Positions 43,411 to 56,858 of a stretch of 64,000 nt of DNA are shown one piece after another. Source of the stretch: Eledone cirrhosa. Lineage: Eukaryota. The stretch covers positions 78,988,001 to 79,052,000 of the forward strand of contig OZ024744.1 of the NCBI GenBank assembly GCA_964016885.1. Direction: 5' to 3'. The translations under genes were made by a program, and so were the position numbers. Numbering within the stretch: position 1 is the first letter of the stretch; the number at the start of each line of letters is the position of its first letter. A model generated the notes under the pieces. That model did not search any database. It had not been told where the DNA came from and worked only from the letters and a program-made list of their open reading frames with translations.

Positions 43411-44230
43411 TATTCAAGTAGAGCAATAATTTCAAGAGATAATTTTATGTCATTTAAAATTTTAATTAAAATAGCCATTTTTTTCCCTTTAAGTTTATCT
43501 AGTATGCTGTAAAACTATTTCTACCGTGAAAAGAAAAACAAATTATTATTTGTATTTTCCTCTTATTTTCTTATTTTTAAGTAGATTCAATTCGGAATTG
43601 AAACGTGTAAAGGTGTAGCTATTTTGTGTTATTTCTAGTTACCTCCCTTTGGTAATCCAAAAATTAGTTTAGTTAGATTTAAACAATACAGAGCAGCGAT
43701 TCACAAGTCGGCACCACCACCCCTCTTGGAGGCACGGGGAAGCTCTACAGGAGCACTGGTAGAGGTGGTAGATAAAGAGGTGGTAGATAAAGGGTTCGTT
43801 AGAAGGCATGGAAAGGGGCAAAAATATAAATTACTACTTGTTTGTAAAACTGTCATCTACAATAAATGCTTCAATAAAATAAGATTTCAATGTATATTTT
43901 TAAAAACCAAATTTTAAAGGACGGTGGCTGATTAAATACCTTCTTAACTCTTTCGTTACCATATTTCTAATGAAAAAAAAGCTGCTCATAATTTCCAAAA
44001 TAATTTTGAAAATAATCAAGAATTTAGAGGAATTTCAGTAATATGACTAACTTACTTTTTATTGAGCTTGTGTAAGAGTGATTATTAGCAGAAACGTTAG
44101 AGCATCAGATAAACGTTTTTCAACATTTATTTACATTATATCAACTCCAGTACATGACTGGTACTTTATTTTATCAAACCTGAAAGTATATAAAGCAAAA
44201 TTGTTCTTGGCAGGATTTGAATATACATAT

Positions 44231-44315
<85 letters not shown>

Positions 44316-44580
44316 ATATTTATTAAAATAACAGATTAAATTTTAAGCAAAGAATCGCTGCTTTCACCTTTAACGGAATCTTCTGAAACTAACAAAGTCA
44401 AAGAGATTGACTTTGTTAGTTTCAGAAGATCCCGTTAAGGGTGAAAGCAGCGATTCTTTGCTTAAACTTTAATCTGTTATTTTAATAAATATTTGCTCTA
44501 CGGTTCTTATATATTTGATATATATTTATCCTTATCGAGCCCTCTTTGGATTTCAGTCTTCGAATTTATTATTATTACTA
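44316..44580 (+). mobile_element. (TA)n-embedded element with 86-bp inverted 5' duplication and hammerhead-like fold
   Basis: Arms 44316-44401 and 44407-44492 (3 mismatches, 5-nt spacer). Relatives at 18316-18478, 24728-24773 and 31447-31550. Confidence 0.85.
44418..44468 (+). ncRNA. variant (U4A) type I hammerhead candidate
   Basis: Stem I agttt/aaact, core CAGAAGA, t-CCC-gttaa-GGG-t, GAAA, stem III AGCAG-cgattct-TTGCT, CUU triplet. Confidence 0.55.
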
Positions 44581-44721
44581 TTATATATATATAGTGTAGG
44601 TAGTTCAATGAATTACTGGTATTGGTACCAAAACAAAAACAAGCACTCTATGCACAGGAAGAGTGTATTAGAAAAAAGCGAGGAAGTTTCGATTACATAT
44701 AAAAGATATTTATTGTGCATC

Positions 44722-44803
44722 GACCTTTTACATGCGTTTCACAGAGGATTGGCTCAAGGTGTTATGGACCAGACTCCACAATCAATCAGCTCTTCAGACT
44801 GGC
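44722..44803 (-). ncRNA. hammerhead candidate with intact core and weakened stem I
   Basis: Minus strand gccagt-CTGAAGA-GCtGATTG...CAATCctctGT-GAAA-CGCATG-TA-aaaggt, GUA triplet. Confidence 0.5.
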
Positions 44804-45114
44804 AATGTAACAAAACAAAAATATTTTTGTTGTGGTTTGTGACATGAAAGGTTGGCTCTATTTTTTTTGCGTGTGTGAGCATATGTGGGGATTGTGGTGT
44901 GTTATGCGGGTGTGATTGTGGGGCAGTTATGCGGGTGTGTATTTACAGATATTCATGTGCGTGTTTGCGTGTGCATGCAAGCTTGTAATGATTCATGTGT
45001 GTGCGAATATGTAATGATTCGTGTGTGTGTAGGTGCACGCGTGGGCACGAATTGGTGTCTGTTTTGGACGTTAGAAAGATTGGCTTTGGTGTAAACAGGA
45101 AGCTGAAAGGGAGG

Positions 45115-45245
45115 GAGAGCGATCTCTCGAGCCTGTTGAATATCCATATTAATGGTGGAGGTTGATGGACGTCCAGCTCCCTCTTTGTACTTCATGCTTG
45201 TCTGGCTATTTTCAAACTTCTCAATCCACCCAAACACACTTTTTG
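45115..45245 (-). pseudogene. mariner-type transposase N-terminal remnant
   Basis: FGWIEKFENSQTSMKYKEGAGRPSTS matches the W..xF..G..S....(R/G)xGRP motif of mariner HTH regions. Confidence 0.7.
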
Positions 45246-45379
45246 AAGACCACTCTACAGTGTAGGCTGGGTACTGCTTGCCACTTTGTTGATAATAATT
45301 ATTTTAAAGGAGTCGCTGTGTCGTACTTATATCATGACCTTCATGGGTGGCTGAAAACAACAAAATACTTTTTTTTTAA

Positions 45380-45598
45380 CCCTTTAGCATTTATATTACT
45401 CTATATATACTATTGTATTTTCACGGTAAAGACTTTATCTCACATAATTATCTCATAATATTGAATGTATGGGATTTTGATATTATTTATTATGAAAACA
45501 ATACCTTAACATCAGTATGAGCAACCGAATACAGCAGGTTTGAACAGAAAGAGATGAGAGGATACTGGCCGGATATGGCTGATTTAAATACTAAAGGG
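45380..45598. mobile_element. piggyBac-like MITE, family 1
   Basis: TTAA-ccctttagcattta...ctaaaggg-TTAA. Confidence 0.85.
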
Positions 45599-46089
45599 TT
45601 AAATAGAAAACTAACAAGAAATATGATACTCCAATGGAGTTTTGTATTGGTAATATTGATTGGGTTTCTATTGATATGTGATGCCATGTAAAAACTGTCA
45701 GTGCCCCAGCATGGCCAGACACAATATAATGATTATGGTGATGAAATCAGTAAAAGAATAAAAGGGGAATAAGACAGTATGTAGTCTCTTTCATTTAAAG
45801 CATTTATTGGGAAGTGTCTATTGTTTAGATTAGTCCAATTTAGGTGTGGGTAATTCAATTTCTTTTGTATAGAAATAATATATCTATTGATTCTGGTTTA
45901 AATCTTAGAACAGATCATTCAATGACAGACATTTCAAATATTTTTGTTTATAATAGAGCCAATAAGTAGCAGACAACAGTTTAGCAAGAAGACTTTATTA
46001 CACCTGCTGCTGATAGCTAATGATGATAATGATAGTATGGCTGGTATGCCAGATATTTAAAGTTATGTATCAACTGATTTTTATCAGCA

Positions 46090-46420
46090 GAGTCAGAACG
46101 TAGGATAGAATGTTTTATGGTATTCATTTTTGGCTCTCTGCTCTCTGTGTTCAAATCCCTCTGAGGTTAACTTTGCCTTTTATTGTTTCAAGGTCAATAA
46201 AAGAATGCACTAGTTGAGTTCTAGGATAGGTTCTTCCTCTATATTTCTTTCTCACTTCCATCATACTGTCTCTATCCTTTTCTGGAAGAAATTTGATGTG
46301 TTCAAATCTGGAAAGGAGATGGGCTCTGCCAGGCTTAAAAATGCCCTAGAAACACTGTATGTCAGTACAATGTGACTGCAACTCCCTTGGGAATTATGGG
46401 ACAAGATAAAGATAAAGATC
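46090..46420 (+). repeat. dispersed SINE-headed repeat, second copy ~47430-47740
   Basis: Both carry a SINE head followed by ttcttcctctatat...ctggaagaaat...gggctctgccaggcttaaaa. Confidence 0.65.
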
Positions 46421-46855
46421 AGCTGATTTTAGTCAATTTAATTCAACCACATTGGCAAGACATTGTTGAATGAAAAGTATAAAACAACACCGTGACTACA
46501 GATTGGCAGTATCAGTAGAGCGTCAGACACCATGCAGCATAGAGTTATCGCCCTTTACGTTTTGAGTTCAAATCCCGCCGAGGTTAACTTTGCCTTTCAT
46601 CCTTAAGGGGTCGATAAAATAAAGTACCAGTAAGGCACTGGGGCAATTGCTGGCCTTGCGCCAAAAGTAGAAACAATTATTAAAAATTATGTCTTTACTT
46701 TAGTTTACAAATTTTCTCAATTGAAAAGGAGATTCAGCATGGCACAATCTAAAAGTTCATAGGCTGACCAAAATACTCTCATGGAATCAAATGCATGACT
46801 TTACAATTGTGAGCCAAACACCCTAACCACTAGGCCAAACACCTTCACTTATATA

Positions 46856-46956
46856 CAGGGTGTCCCCCAAAAATATATACACATTTCAACAGCATTCTAA
46901 TAAATATTGCCTCTACAGGTAATCAAAGTGTGTATACATTTTTGGGGGACACCCTG
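46856..46956. mobile_element. Tc1/mariner MITE
   Basis: TIR cagggtgtcccccaaaaat / atttttgggggacaccctg with TA TSD. Confidence 0.88.
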
Positions 46957-48599
46957 TATATATTCTCTCCATTTACTGGTTTTGGTTATTAGATTGACCT
47001 TACTGGGGCACTGTGTTGATTAGTTGATCATATCAACCCCAGTACTTATTTTTTCAAGGCTGGTACTCATTTTACTGAACATAGATACAGTCACAGATGG
47101 ACACACACACACACACACATATAAGATTAGGTAGAGAGTCTTGTATTTTTGTGCCAAAAATTGATGATCACTTGATATTTCATAACCAATCCAATTGTAC
47201 TTTGAGCTACTTTTTGCATAAAACGGAAATAAATTTTCCAGACCATTAAATACAAGACTTTACGGCATAGCCATCATCTCTCCAGCTAACTTAACTTTTG
47301 AAAATCATCAAAATGTGAAACTGGTAAAGTTATTATAAATACACCTTCTTAAAGACATGAATTTTATTTTCAATGAATGTATGTATATAATGAAGAAATA
47401 GTATAAAGAATGACTATGTATGCAATTAGGTGGCAAATTGGCAGAGTAGTTAGAATTTTGGATAGAATGCTTTCTGGTATTCATTCCGGCTCTCTGAGTT
47501 CAAATCCCACAGAGGTGGCTTTGTCTTTCATCCTTTCGAGGTCGATAAAAAAGTACTGCGGTCGATTCTTCCTCTATATCTCTTTCTCATTTCCTCTCTC
47601 TCACTTTTTATCTTTCTCTGGAAGAAATCTGCAGTAATCAGGCCCGGAGAGGAGTGGGCTCTGCCAGGCTTAAAATACCCAAGAAACGCTATATGTCAAT
47701 ATGGTGCCTCTACAACTCTATCAGGAGTTATGGGACCATACAATACCATGTATGCAATTAAACAAACAAAAAAACTGTACTCTATACTGCGATGTAGAGT
47801 GGAATATTTATTTATTCAAAACAGAGACTGTGTTAGTCACTATTCAGATTTCACATATCTGCTTCATTAGTCAACTAGTAAGGTGATAACCTCTCTGTGC
47901 AGAGTCAATTAATAAACATGCAATTACACCTGTAAGGTGTTGAATTGGAGAGGGGTAGGGTGGCGTATGTTGAGGTGATGATATTGCCATGCCCACCTAT
48001 AAAACAAGCATCACTGGTTTAGAATTAAATGTAAAGTAAATAACAAATAAATAAATAAATAAATAAATGAATAAATAAATAAATGAATAAATAAATGCAG
48101 AAGTAATGTTTTGGGTAGTAGGGGTGGGGTTATGATTGTAAAAAATAAAATTATGAAATATGCATTCTGAATAGAGTATAATGATGTATAAAGAAACATT
48201 TAATCATTGTTTCTATTTTTGAAACAAGGCAGAGCAATTACCCCAGTACATTACTGGTACTTTATTTTATCGAGCACGTAAGGATGAAAGGCAAAGTTAA
48301 CCTTGGCGGGATTTGAACTGAGATCATAAAGGGCCGTAACTCTATGTTGCAAAGCATGGTGTCTGACCTTCTATCAATACTTCCAATCCACCGCCCTAGA
48401 AACATTTAATAATACCAAAGGTTTTCTTTGTCGAACTGACTATGATGGCAGGTAAATAGACTATGGTGGGGGTGAGTAGGCTATAGAAATAATATTCTTC
48501 TCAAAGAACAATGTGAAGGTATAATATGGGTAAATTCTCTTGGGCGTGGGTATCATCTCCTCCTCCTCCTCACCCCTCCTCCCCTCCCCTCCTCCTAAT

Positions 48600-49125
48600 C
48601 CTAAAGCTGGTGCAGTAATGCATCAGCTTCAACATTCAGTAATCAGATGAAGGGAGGAAGGTGTGAAAGCCAAACTTGCTACCTTCAATTCGGTTCTCGA
48701 GCCAACCCTTACCTATAGTCATGAATCTTGGGCAATGACTGAATGAATACAATTGCGAACAGAAGCGACCGAAATGGGATTCCTCCGAAAGGTCTTTGAA
48801 GTAAGATCAGAGAGTCACTCCAGGTAGAGCCGGTACTTCTCCAAATTGAGAGATCACAGCTCTGATACTATGGGCATGTGGTTAGAATGTCTCAGGAAAG
48901 AATCTCTGGACAGATTTTATGGACGAAGCCAACTTGCAGGAGACCCAAGGGTAGACCCCGAGCAAGATGGTTGGATAACATCCATGAGCTTGGCCGGTCT
49001 CACTTGGAGATCCAGCCGGATCAGTTGGAGACGGTTGCTTCTGACAGGAACCTTTGGAGGGAGTGTTTGAGGACTCTGCTCCCACGACCCTCTCAGGAAT
49101 AAGTAGGTGAAGAAAAGAAGATGAC
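48600..49125 (+). mobile_element. RTE 3' portion (family of 3710-5312)
   Basis: RRPKGRPRARWLDNIHELG...LLPRPSQE then stop. Confidence 0.85.
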
Positions 49126-49377
49126 AACAGTGACATATATATGTCTTTCTCCTTTTCCATATAAAGTTCAATAAAGATTGTTCCCGTTTTTTAATATGGC
49201 TAACTTAATCTGTCACCCAGTTTCAAAAGGTTGGCTTAACCATTAAACAAAATAAGAACATGCTTAAGGCATCAAAGGATTAATTTTATTCAAATTTGTT
49301 ATTCCAAAAATAAAATAAATAAAGTAGTGTAGTTAATACAAAGTATTGTGAGAAATGTAGCAAAATACCAATAACAT

Positions 49378-49662
49378 TGGTCAACAAATTTTTTTTTCTG
49401 CTGACCAAAGTTTGAGACTTGTTCTTGAGTAATGTGGGACTGCTGAGTTTAAAAATGACAATACTTCTTTTCTATCATGTCAAACATTTTTTTTATATAT
49501 CGGCTGGTCCATATTGGCATCCTCAATAGCTACAAGAGATAGCACACTGGTCAACAAAATTTTGCTTTTTTTTTTTTTTCTGTTGCCCTAAGTTTGAGAC
49601 CTGTTCTTGAATAATTTGGGGCCGCTGAGTTTAAAAATGACAATACTTTGTTTCTATCACAT
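49378..49662. repeat. ~110-bp direct repeat pair
   Basis: tggtcaacaaa..aagtttgagac..gctgagtttaaaaatgacaatact at ~49378 and ~49548. Confidence 0.75.
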
Positions 49663-50469
49663 CAAGTATCTCTTGGCCAACAAGGAGGGTATACAAAATA
49701 TCCATCCTTCCTGTGTTTATGGAATAGCTGAACAAGCAAACGACAAACATTAAAATCTGATGTGTTAGGGAAAAAATGGATGCCATATTTGAAATCAGCA
49801 CCTCAAAATTAGCTAAAAACAACAAAACCTAATTCAGCAAAAAGTGTGTTAACCGGTGTAATTTTCAAAAAGTACAATGCGGTAGAAAAATACAAAGGGT
49901 AAATGATGTCAAATAAAATAAAACAAAGTAATATTTTACCCAGTGTATTTTAACATGATATTTCAGAGCTATAACCCTCTTTTCAAATGTGAAGCTCAAA
50001 CAGTTCATAACAAAACGAGCTATCGAAGAATTTTTCCCTAACTGGCCTATGTGTCTGTAAAATGCATGTGCAGGGTCACTACAGTAACCATTCTGACATA
50101 TGCATTTCTGATCTATTATTTATCCTTGGTTTTATTTGTCATCATTTGCCCTTCATATTTTTTTTAGCATATTTTACCATTTAAAAAAAAAACAAAAAAA
50201 AACAAAAACAAATTTACAGACATTATATATGGGGAACCACCATAATCTTTTTAGTGCTTAGAGTCTCAAAACGACTTATTCTGACCCTGCCATTGTAACC
50301 CCAAAATCTGGCTTTTTGATGGCTTTAGCGGAGACCACAAACTGTTGTTAATTAATATTCAGACCAGGTCTGATGAAAAATTCCATCCTTCTGTCCACCA
50401 GAGTCTGTCTTTCTTCCTCTGAGTATGTCATGAAATATACTTGTCTGCCTCCATCTCAAATTTACCATT

Positions 50470-51245
50470 ATCAACTTCAATCTCATCAATGTCAACCTCA
50501 ATATCGTCATTGTCAACCTCAGTCTTGTCACTATCAACCTCAATCTTGTCACTGTCAACCTTAATCCCATCACTGTCAAACTCAGTCTTGTCACTGTCAA
50601 CCTCAATCTTTTCACAGTCAACTTCAATCTTGTCATTGTCAACCTCAAACTAGTCATTGTCAACCTCAATCTTATCACTGTCAACCTCAATCTTGTCACT
50701 CTCAACCCCAATCCTGTCATTGTCAACCTCAGTCTTGTTACTGTCAACCTCAATCTTGTCTCTGTCAACCTCAATCATATCTCTGTCAACCTGTCTTTTC
50801 ACTCTCAACCTCAGTCTTGTCATTGTCAACCTTAATCCCATCACTGTCAAACTCAGTCTTGTCGCCGTCAACCTCAATCTTGTCACTGTTAACCTCGATC
50901 TTGTCATTGTCAACCTCAATCATGTCACTGTCAACCTCAGTCTTGTCACTGTCAATCTCAATCTTGTCGCCGTCAACCTTAATCTTGTCACTGCCAACCT
51001 TAGTCTTGTCACTGTCAACTTCAATCATGTCATTGTCAACCTCAATCTTGTCACTGTCAACCTTAATCGTGTCACTGTCAACCTCATCAATGTCACTGTC
51101 AACCCCAATATTGTCATTGTCAACTGGCAATCTTGTCATTGTCATCCTCGATCTTGTCATCCTCAATCTTAATCTCATAATCATCCATCCCAGTTTCTTC
51201 ATCGTTAACTTTAAGTTCGTCATCATCAACTTAAATTTCATCATT
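50470..51245. repeat. 21-bp minisatellite (gtcaacctcaatcttgtcact)n
   Basis: Roughly 35 units, decaying at both ends. Confidence 0.92.
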
Positions 51246-51398
51246 GCTGTAGGATGGAGTTAATTTTTTTTTGTGGAAAGTGAGACATTGACATCAGTTG
51301 TTACTTGTCACAAAATTAGAAAAGAATGTAGAATTTGGTAAAGGATTACATAAATAAATTAATGCCCTTTACATTACCATAAATATACATACATTTAA

Positions 51399-51618
51399 CC
51401 CTTTAGCATTTAAACCAGCCATATCTGGCCAGAATTCACTCACTCTTTCTGTTTATATTGACCATATCTAGCTGCTTATACTGGCCTTAAGGTATTATTC
51501 TGAAAATGAATAATATCAAAATCTCATAGATTCGATATTATGTGAGATAATTATGTGAAATAAAATGTTTACTGTGAAAATACAATACTAAAAATAGAGT
51601 AATGTAAATGCTAAAGGG
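51399..51618. mobile_element. piggyBac-like MITE, family 1 (inverted)
   Basis: ttaa-ccctttagcattta...taaatgctaaaggg. Confidence 0.8.
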
Positions 51619-51641
51619 ATAAGTAAAACTCTATACTGTAT

Positions 51642-53090
51642 TATCTAAGGCGGGTAAAATTCCCGAGATCCATGGACGAGTTCTCTCCAGCGGTCTCTGT
51701 CCCTAATTATCGCTGCCATGTCCTGCATCTCCAACAGACCAGTGTCTGTCCTTAGGGCATCAACATACGTTAACCTTGGTCTTCCTCTTCTAGTGTGTCC
51801 ATGTAGGGGCTCCCAAAGGAGCACTGAGTGCAATGTCAACTCTGGATGTCAGTGAGCATGTCCAGTCAACCTCAGTCTCCTCTGTGTCACTTTTGAGCTG
51901 ACTTTTGGGATGCTCCCATACAGCTCTGAGTTTTTCATCCTCAGTGTATACTGATTAATGTTCAGAGCCATCCTCAGCATTCTCGTGTAGCACCCATCCA
52001 CCATCTGAGTGAGTTTCTTGGTCAGTGTCCAAGTCTCAGACCCATACAGCAGCACAGACTCCACTACAGCAATGAAGAGGCAGATTTTCAGGTCTCTACG
52101 AAGATCCGACTTCCACACCGATCTCAAGCTGTGGCACGCCGCCCAGGCCTTGCTCTTCCTCTCAACCACATCATCTTCCGTATTCCCAATCTTTGCTCCC
52201 AAATACAGGAAGTCCTCAACCAATTCCAGCGGCTTCCCGCCTACATTAGTGATCCCCTCTGGCTTCTCAACATTCTCTACCAGATATTTTGTTTTAGTCT
52301 CATTCATTCTCAGCCCCACACTCATCGACACAGTCTCAACCTCCCGCATCAAATCCTCTGCCTCCTTCACTGTATTTGTCACCAAAACTATGTCGTCGGC
52401 AAATTCAGCATCCGATACCTTTTTCGCCCTAACTCTCCTGCTCTGAGCCGGTGCTACAGTAAAGCCAGAATCCTGGTGTTTCTCCAGTGCAAGGCGCATA
52501 CAATAGTCCACTACGATGATAAAAAGGTAGGGAGCCAATGTATCTCCCTGGAGCACTCCAGCCAGTATCTCAAAGAACTCTGTCATCCCATCAGGTGTAA
52601 TGACTTGGGCTTTGGTGTTGGTGTAGAGCAGTGATATCAGGTCCACTATCTTCTTGGGGATTCCATAAGTCTGTAAGATCTTCATCAGGCAGTAACGGTC
52701 CACAGAATCAAAGGCCTTCCTAAAACCATGACCGCAGGAAGGCACTTTGCTCTAGCTCCCTCTAATATCCTCCTCAGCATCAGGATGTGACTGGTGGTTG
52801 ATCTACCCTCTCTGAAGCCGTTCTGGTTGTCCCTGAGCTTCTTCTCCATCTCAGGCTGGATCCTGTTAAGAATCATCCTGTTGAGGGTCTTTGCCACAAG
52901 TGACGTCAGTGAGATCCCCCGGTAGTTGTTGGTGTTAGAGAGATCTCCTTTCTTTGGCACTGGGACGATGTTACTGATCCTCCACTGATTCGGGGCAACT
53001 CCTTTCTCTAGTGCCCCGTTACAGAACCCCAGGATGATATCATCAAAATCACACCTCTTCATCACCTCTTATGCCACTCCATCTTCTCCA
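51642..53090 (-). mobile_element. 5'-truncated young RTE-like LINE ('SREFYPP' family)
   Basis: IVPVPKKGDLSNTNNYRGISL, NQNGFREGRST, FRKAFDSV, GVLQGDTLAPYLF, FADDIVL, FLYLG, LLYGSETW, with few lesions. Confidence 0.95.
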
Positions 53091-53099
53091 TATATATAT

Positions 53100-53155
<56 letters not shown>

Positions 53156-53534
53156 ACATAACAATGACAAAAGTGAATAACAGCAGTTTAACTTTTTATT
53201 TACTAGATTTTTTTTAGTGTATGTGCATATGCATCACGTTTATATGTATGAGTATATAAATATAAACATGCAAATACAGACACACTTACAAAAATATACA
53301 CTCACAGACATACACTCACACAAACATACACACACATACACATACACTCACACACAGCGTAGTTTTTTCACCATCCCCTTCCATCCTTTTACACACACAT
53401 ACATTCGCGCAGACATAAAAAGAGAGGAGTAGTATGAGGTAGTCAAACTACTCCTCTCTCTTTACGTGTTGTGACAGAATCACAGAAATTTATATAGAGA
53501 TTATTTACATTCCTTAAATCTCTTACTGTATTTT

Positions 53535-54885
53535 AAAATAATGTTAGCAAAGACTAAAGTTGTAGTAAGTAGAAAGGAAAACAGAGCCCAGATCCCTTCA
53601 GGGAAATGGCCTTGCTGTGTGTGTTGGAAAGGAGTGAGTAGTAACTCCATCCTCTGACTCAAATGTAAACTAATGGTACACAAGAGATGTAGCAGGATAT
53701 CAACAAACAGGTTAGCAAAGAATGTAGGTTGTGTATGTTGTTGTTGCACAGGAGCAGTAAGCCGCAAGAGCTCACAGGAAACAAGCTCTATTAAATGTCC
53801 TGAGTTTTTTGTAGAAGTAGTTGATAGTGTCTGTTACCTGGGTGACCAAGTTAACAGTGGAGGTGAGTGTTCTGAAAGTACTGTGGCTAGAGTGAAAATG
53901 CAAGGGAAAAAGTTCAGGGAGCTTCTACTACTGCTAGCTACAAAAGGCTTTACCCACAAAATGAAAGGCAGATTGTATGATGCTTGTGTACAAACAGTAA
54001 TGTTGTATGGAAGTGAGACCTGGGTACTGTGTGCAGAGGACCTACAAAGATTGGAAAGAAATGAAGTTTGCATGCTCTGAAGGATGTGTAATAGTAGTGT
54101 GCATGAATAGCAACACGTCAATGATCTAAGAGAGAAACTGGACATAAGATGAATCAGATGAAGTATGCTTGAGAAGAGATTGCAGTGGTTTGGACATGTG
54201 ATGTGTATGGAGGATGACAGCTGTATAAAAAGGTGGAGGGCACTCAAAATTGATGGGAACTATAAAAAGGAAAACCTTGGGATGAAGTGATAAAGGCTGA
54301 TCTTGCACAGTTGAACCTCACAAAGGAGATGACTTAGGATCAAGATCTCTGGCATCATGCTATACTGCAGAAGACTCACCTTCCCATGTGCACAAAATGA
54401 AATAAAACAAACATGTAGAAGATACACTAGACTACACCAATGTTATCTTCACTCCTCCCAATTCACTCTCTCCAGTTTTAATACCCTGCCCTCATCAGCT
54501 AAATAGTTGATGCTCCTCATCTGTGTTGCACTTGCTTACTCCAAACCCTCACCCCTGATACAGCTCTCCTGCTCAACCTTTGCAAAAGCATGAAAGTTGG
54601 ACACACTCTATAACTGATCTACCACAATGTCTTTACCACAAGAGAAAGCACTAAGTCCACCTTGTATGCTAATAGTGTCACAACAAAAGCACCCAGTCCA
54701 CCCTGAAAGATGGTTGTCTTGGTGACACAAGAAAAAGCACCTAGTCCACCCTGTTAGATAGTTGTTTTGTTGCCACAATAAAAAGCTCTCAGTCCACACA
54801 GAAATAGGGTAGAACAGGAACAGCTGTAGAAACCAAGCCAAAATACAGATTGGAATGAGCAAGACATGGTCAACTGACCTGACTT
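53535..54885 (+). mobile_element. degenerate RTE (PHD-bearing family), 3' part
   Basis: KWPC.VC, VHKRCS, KGRLYDACV, LYGSETW, and a 3' UTR with tandem units. Confidence 0.85.
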
Positions 54886-56082
54886 TTCTCGTATCCCCCT
54901 CTCCTCCTTCTTCTTCTTCTACCTGAAAGGGTCGTGGGGGCAGAGTCCTCAAACACTCCCACCAGCAGGTCCTGTCAGAAGCAAACATCTCCAACTAATC
55001 TGGTTAAATCCCCAAGTGAGACCAGCCAAGCTCATGGATGTTATCCAACCATCTTGCTTAGGGCCTACCCCTGGGTCTCCTGCCGGTTGGTTTAGCCCAT
55101 AAAATCTGTCCAGTGATTCTTTCCTTAGACATTCTAACCAAATACCCATAGTATTGGAACTGTGTTCCCTCAATTTGGAGAAGTAGCAGCTCTACCTGCA
55201 GTGACTCTCTGATGATGTTGGAACCTAAATTCTGAGGCAGAATGCAATATAGTTTCTAAGAACAATCTCAAAGATAAAAACCTTATTAGCATCCTTTTCT
55301 TCATAACTAATTAAGATATGATTGTTCAGTTTCTGAATAATTTTGCATATTCTTATTATTAATTAATCCTAGCCAGTCAAATTTGTGCTATATGCAAATG
55401 CCCAGTCAATATGTTGTTTCCACCATATGCAAATGAGCATTACCAGCTAATGTTTTATTTGCATTACATGCAAATTTGCATTACCAGTCAATGTTTTGTT
55501 TCAACTGTATGAAATGAGCATCACCAGCTGATGTTTCAAATGCAAAAAACAAAACAAAACATATAAGCTTTAGCCTATTCTTGTCTTGGTATTGAGTGAA
55601 TAAATGTCTCTGATGATGGATAAATATCCAGAATTTTAAATGGTTAGTTTCAATAAGTAATCTTTCTGGTGACTGCATATTTTTAAATGGGTCATTTAGG
55701 GGAGGAAAGGAGCACTGTGACCTTTTTCATGACTTTGAAAACTGGTGGGAGGAAGTTATCCTTAGACCAGAAACCTGACAAGAATGTTTGCAACAGAATG
55801 GATTGAGATTTAATAACCAGTTAGTGGTGGAAAACTGGGACAAGCCAAATTAAATCTGATATAATTATGTAAGTGAGCTGATTGTGGTAACATGTATTTT
55901 ATTTGTAGAGCAGAGATATGTAAAGACATGTGTTGACAGATAGCAAGTTGGGCAGAAACAAGTGATAGAACGATATATTGTACTCCTACACTAAATATAC
56001 AAGTCACAATATACATACATTTATGAAATAGTTCCATTCATATTACTACAAGGTCAAATCCCTTAGTGGACTCAGCTAAAAC

Positions 56083-56858
56083 CAGATGAAGTATGCTTGA
56101 GAAGAGATTGCAGTGGTTTGGACATGTGATGTGTATGGAGGATGACAGCTGTATAAAAAGGTGCAGGGCACTCAAAATTGATGGGAACTATGAAAAGGAA
56201 GACCTAGGAAAGCTTGGGATGAAGTGATAAAGACTGATCTTGCCCAGTTGAACCTCACAAAGGAGATGACTTAGGATCAAGATCTCTGGCATCATGCTAT
56301 ACTGCAGAAGACTCACCTTCCCATGTGCACAAAATGAAATAAAACAAACATGTAGAAGACACACTAGACTACACAAATGTTATCTTCACTCCTCCCAATT
56401 CACTCTCTCCAGTTTTAATACCCTGCCCTCACCAGCTAAATAGTTGATGCTCCTCATCTGTGTTGCACTTGCTTACTCCAAACCCTCACCCCTGATACAG
56501 CTCTCCTGCTCAACCTTTGCAAAAGCATGAAAGTTGGACACACTCTATAACTGATCTACCACAATGTCTTTACCACAAGAGAAAGCACTAAGTCCACCTT
56601 GTATGCTAATAGTGTCACAACAAAAACACCCAGTCCACCCTGAAAGATGGTTGTCTTGGTGACACAAGAAAAAGCACCTAGTCCACCCTGTTAGATAGTT
56701 GTTTTGTTGCCACAATAAAAAGCTCTCAGTCCACACAGAAATAGGGTAGAACAGGAACAGCTGTAGAAACCAAGCCAAAATACAGATTGGAATGAGCAAG
56801 ACATAGTCAACTGACCTGACTTTTCTCGTATCCCCCCCCTCCTCCTTCTTCTTCTTCT
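56083..56858 (+). repeat. recent direct duplication of 54155-54920
   Basis: Near-identical over ~770 bp, with a few SNPs and one ~9-bp indel. Confidence 0.95.
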
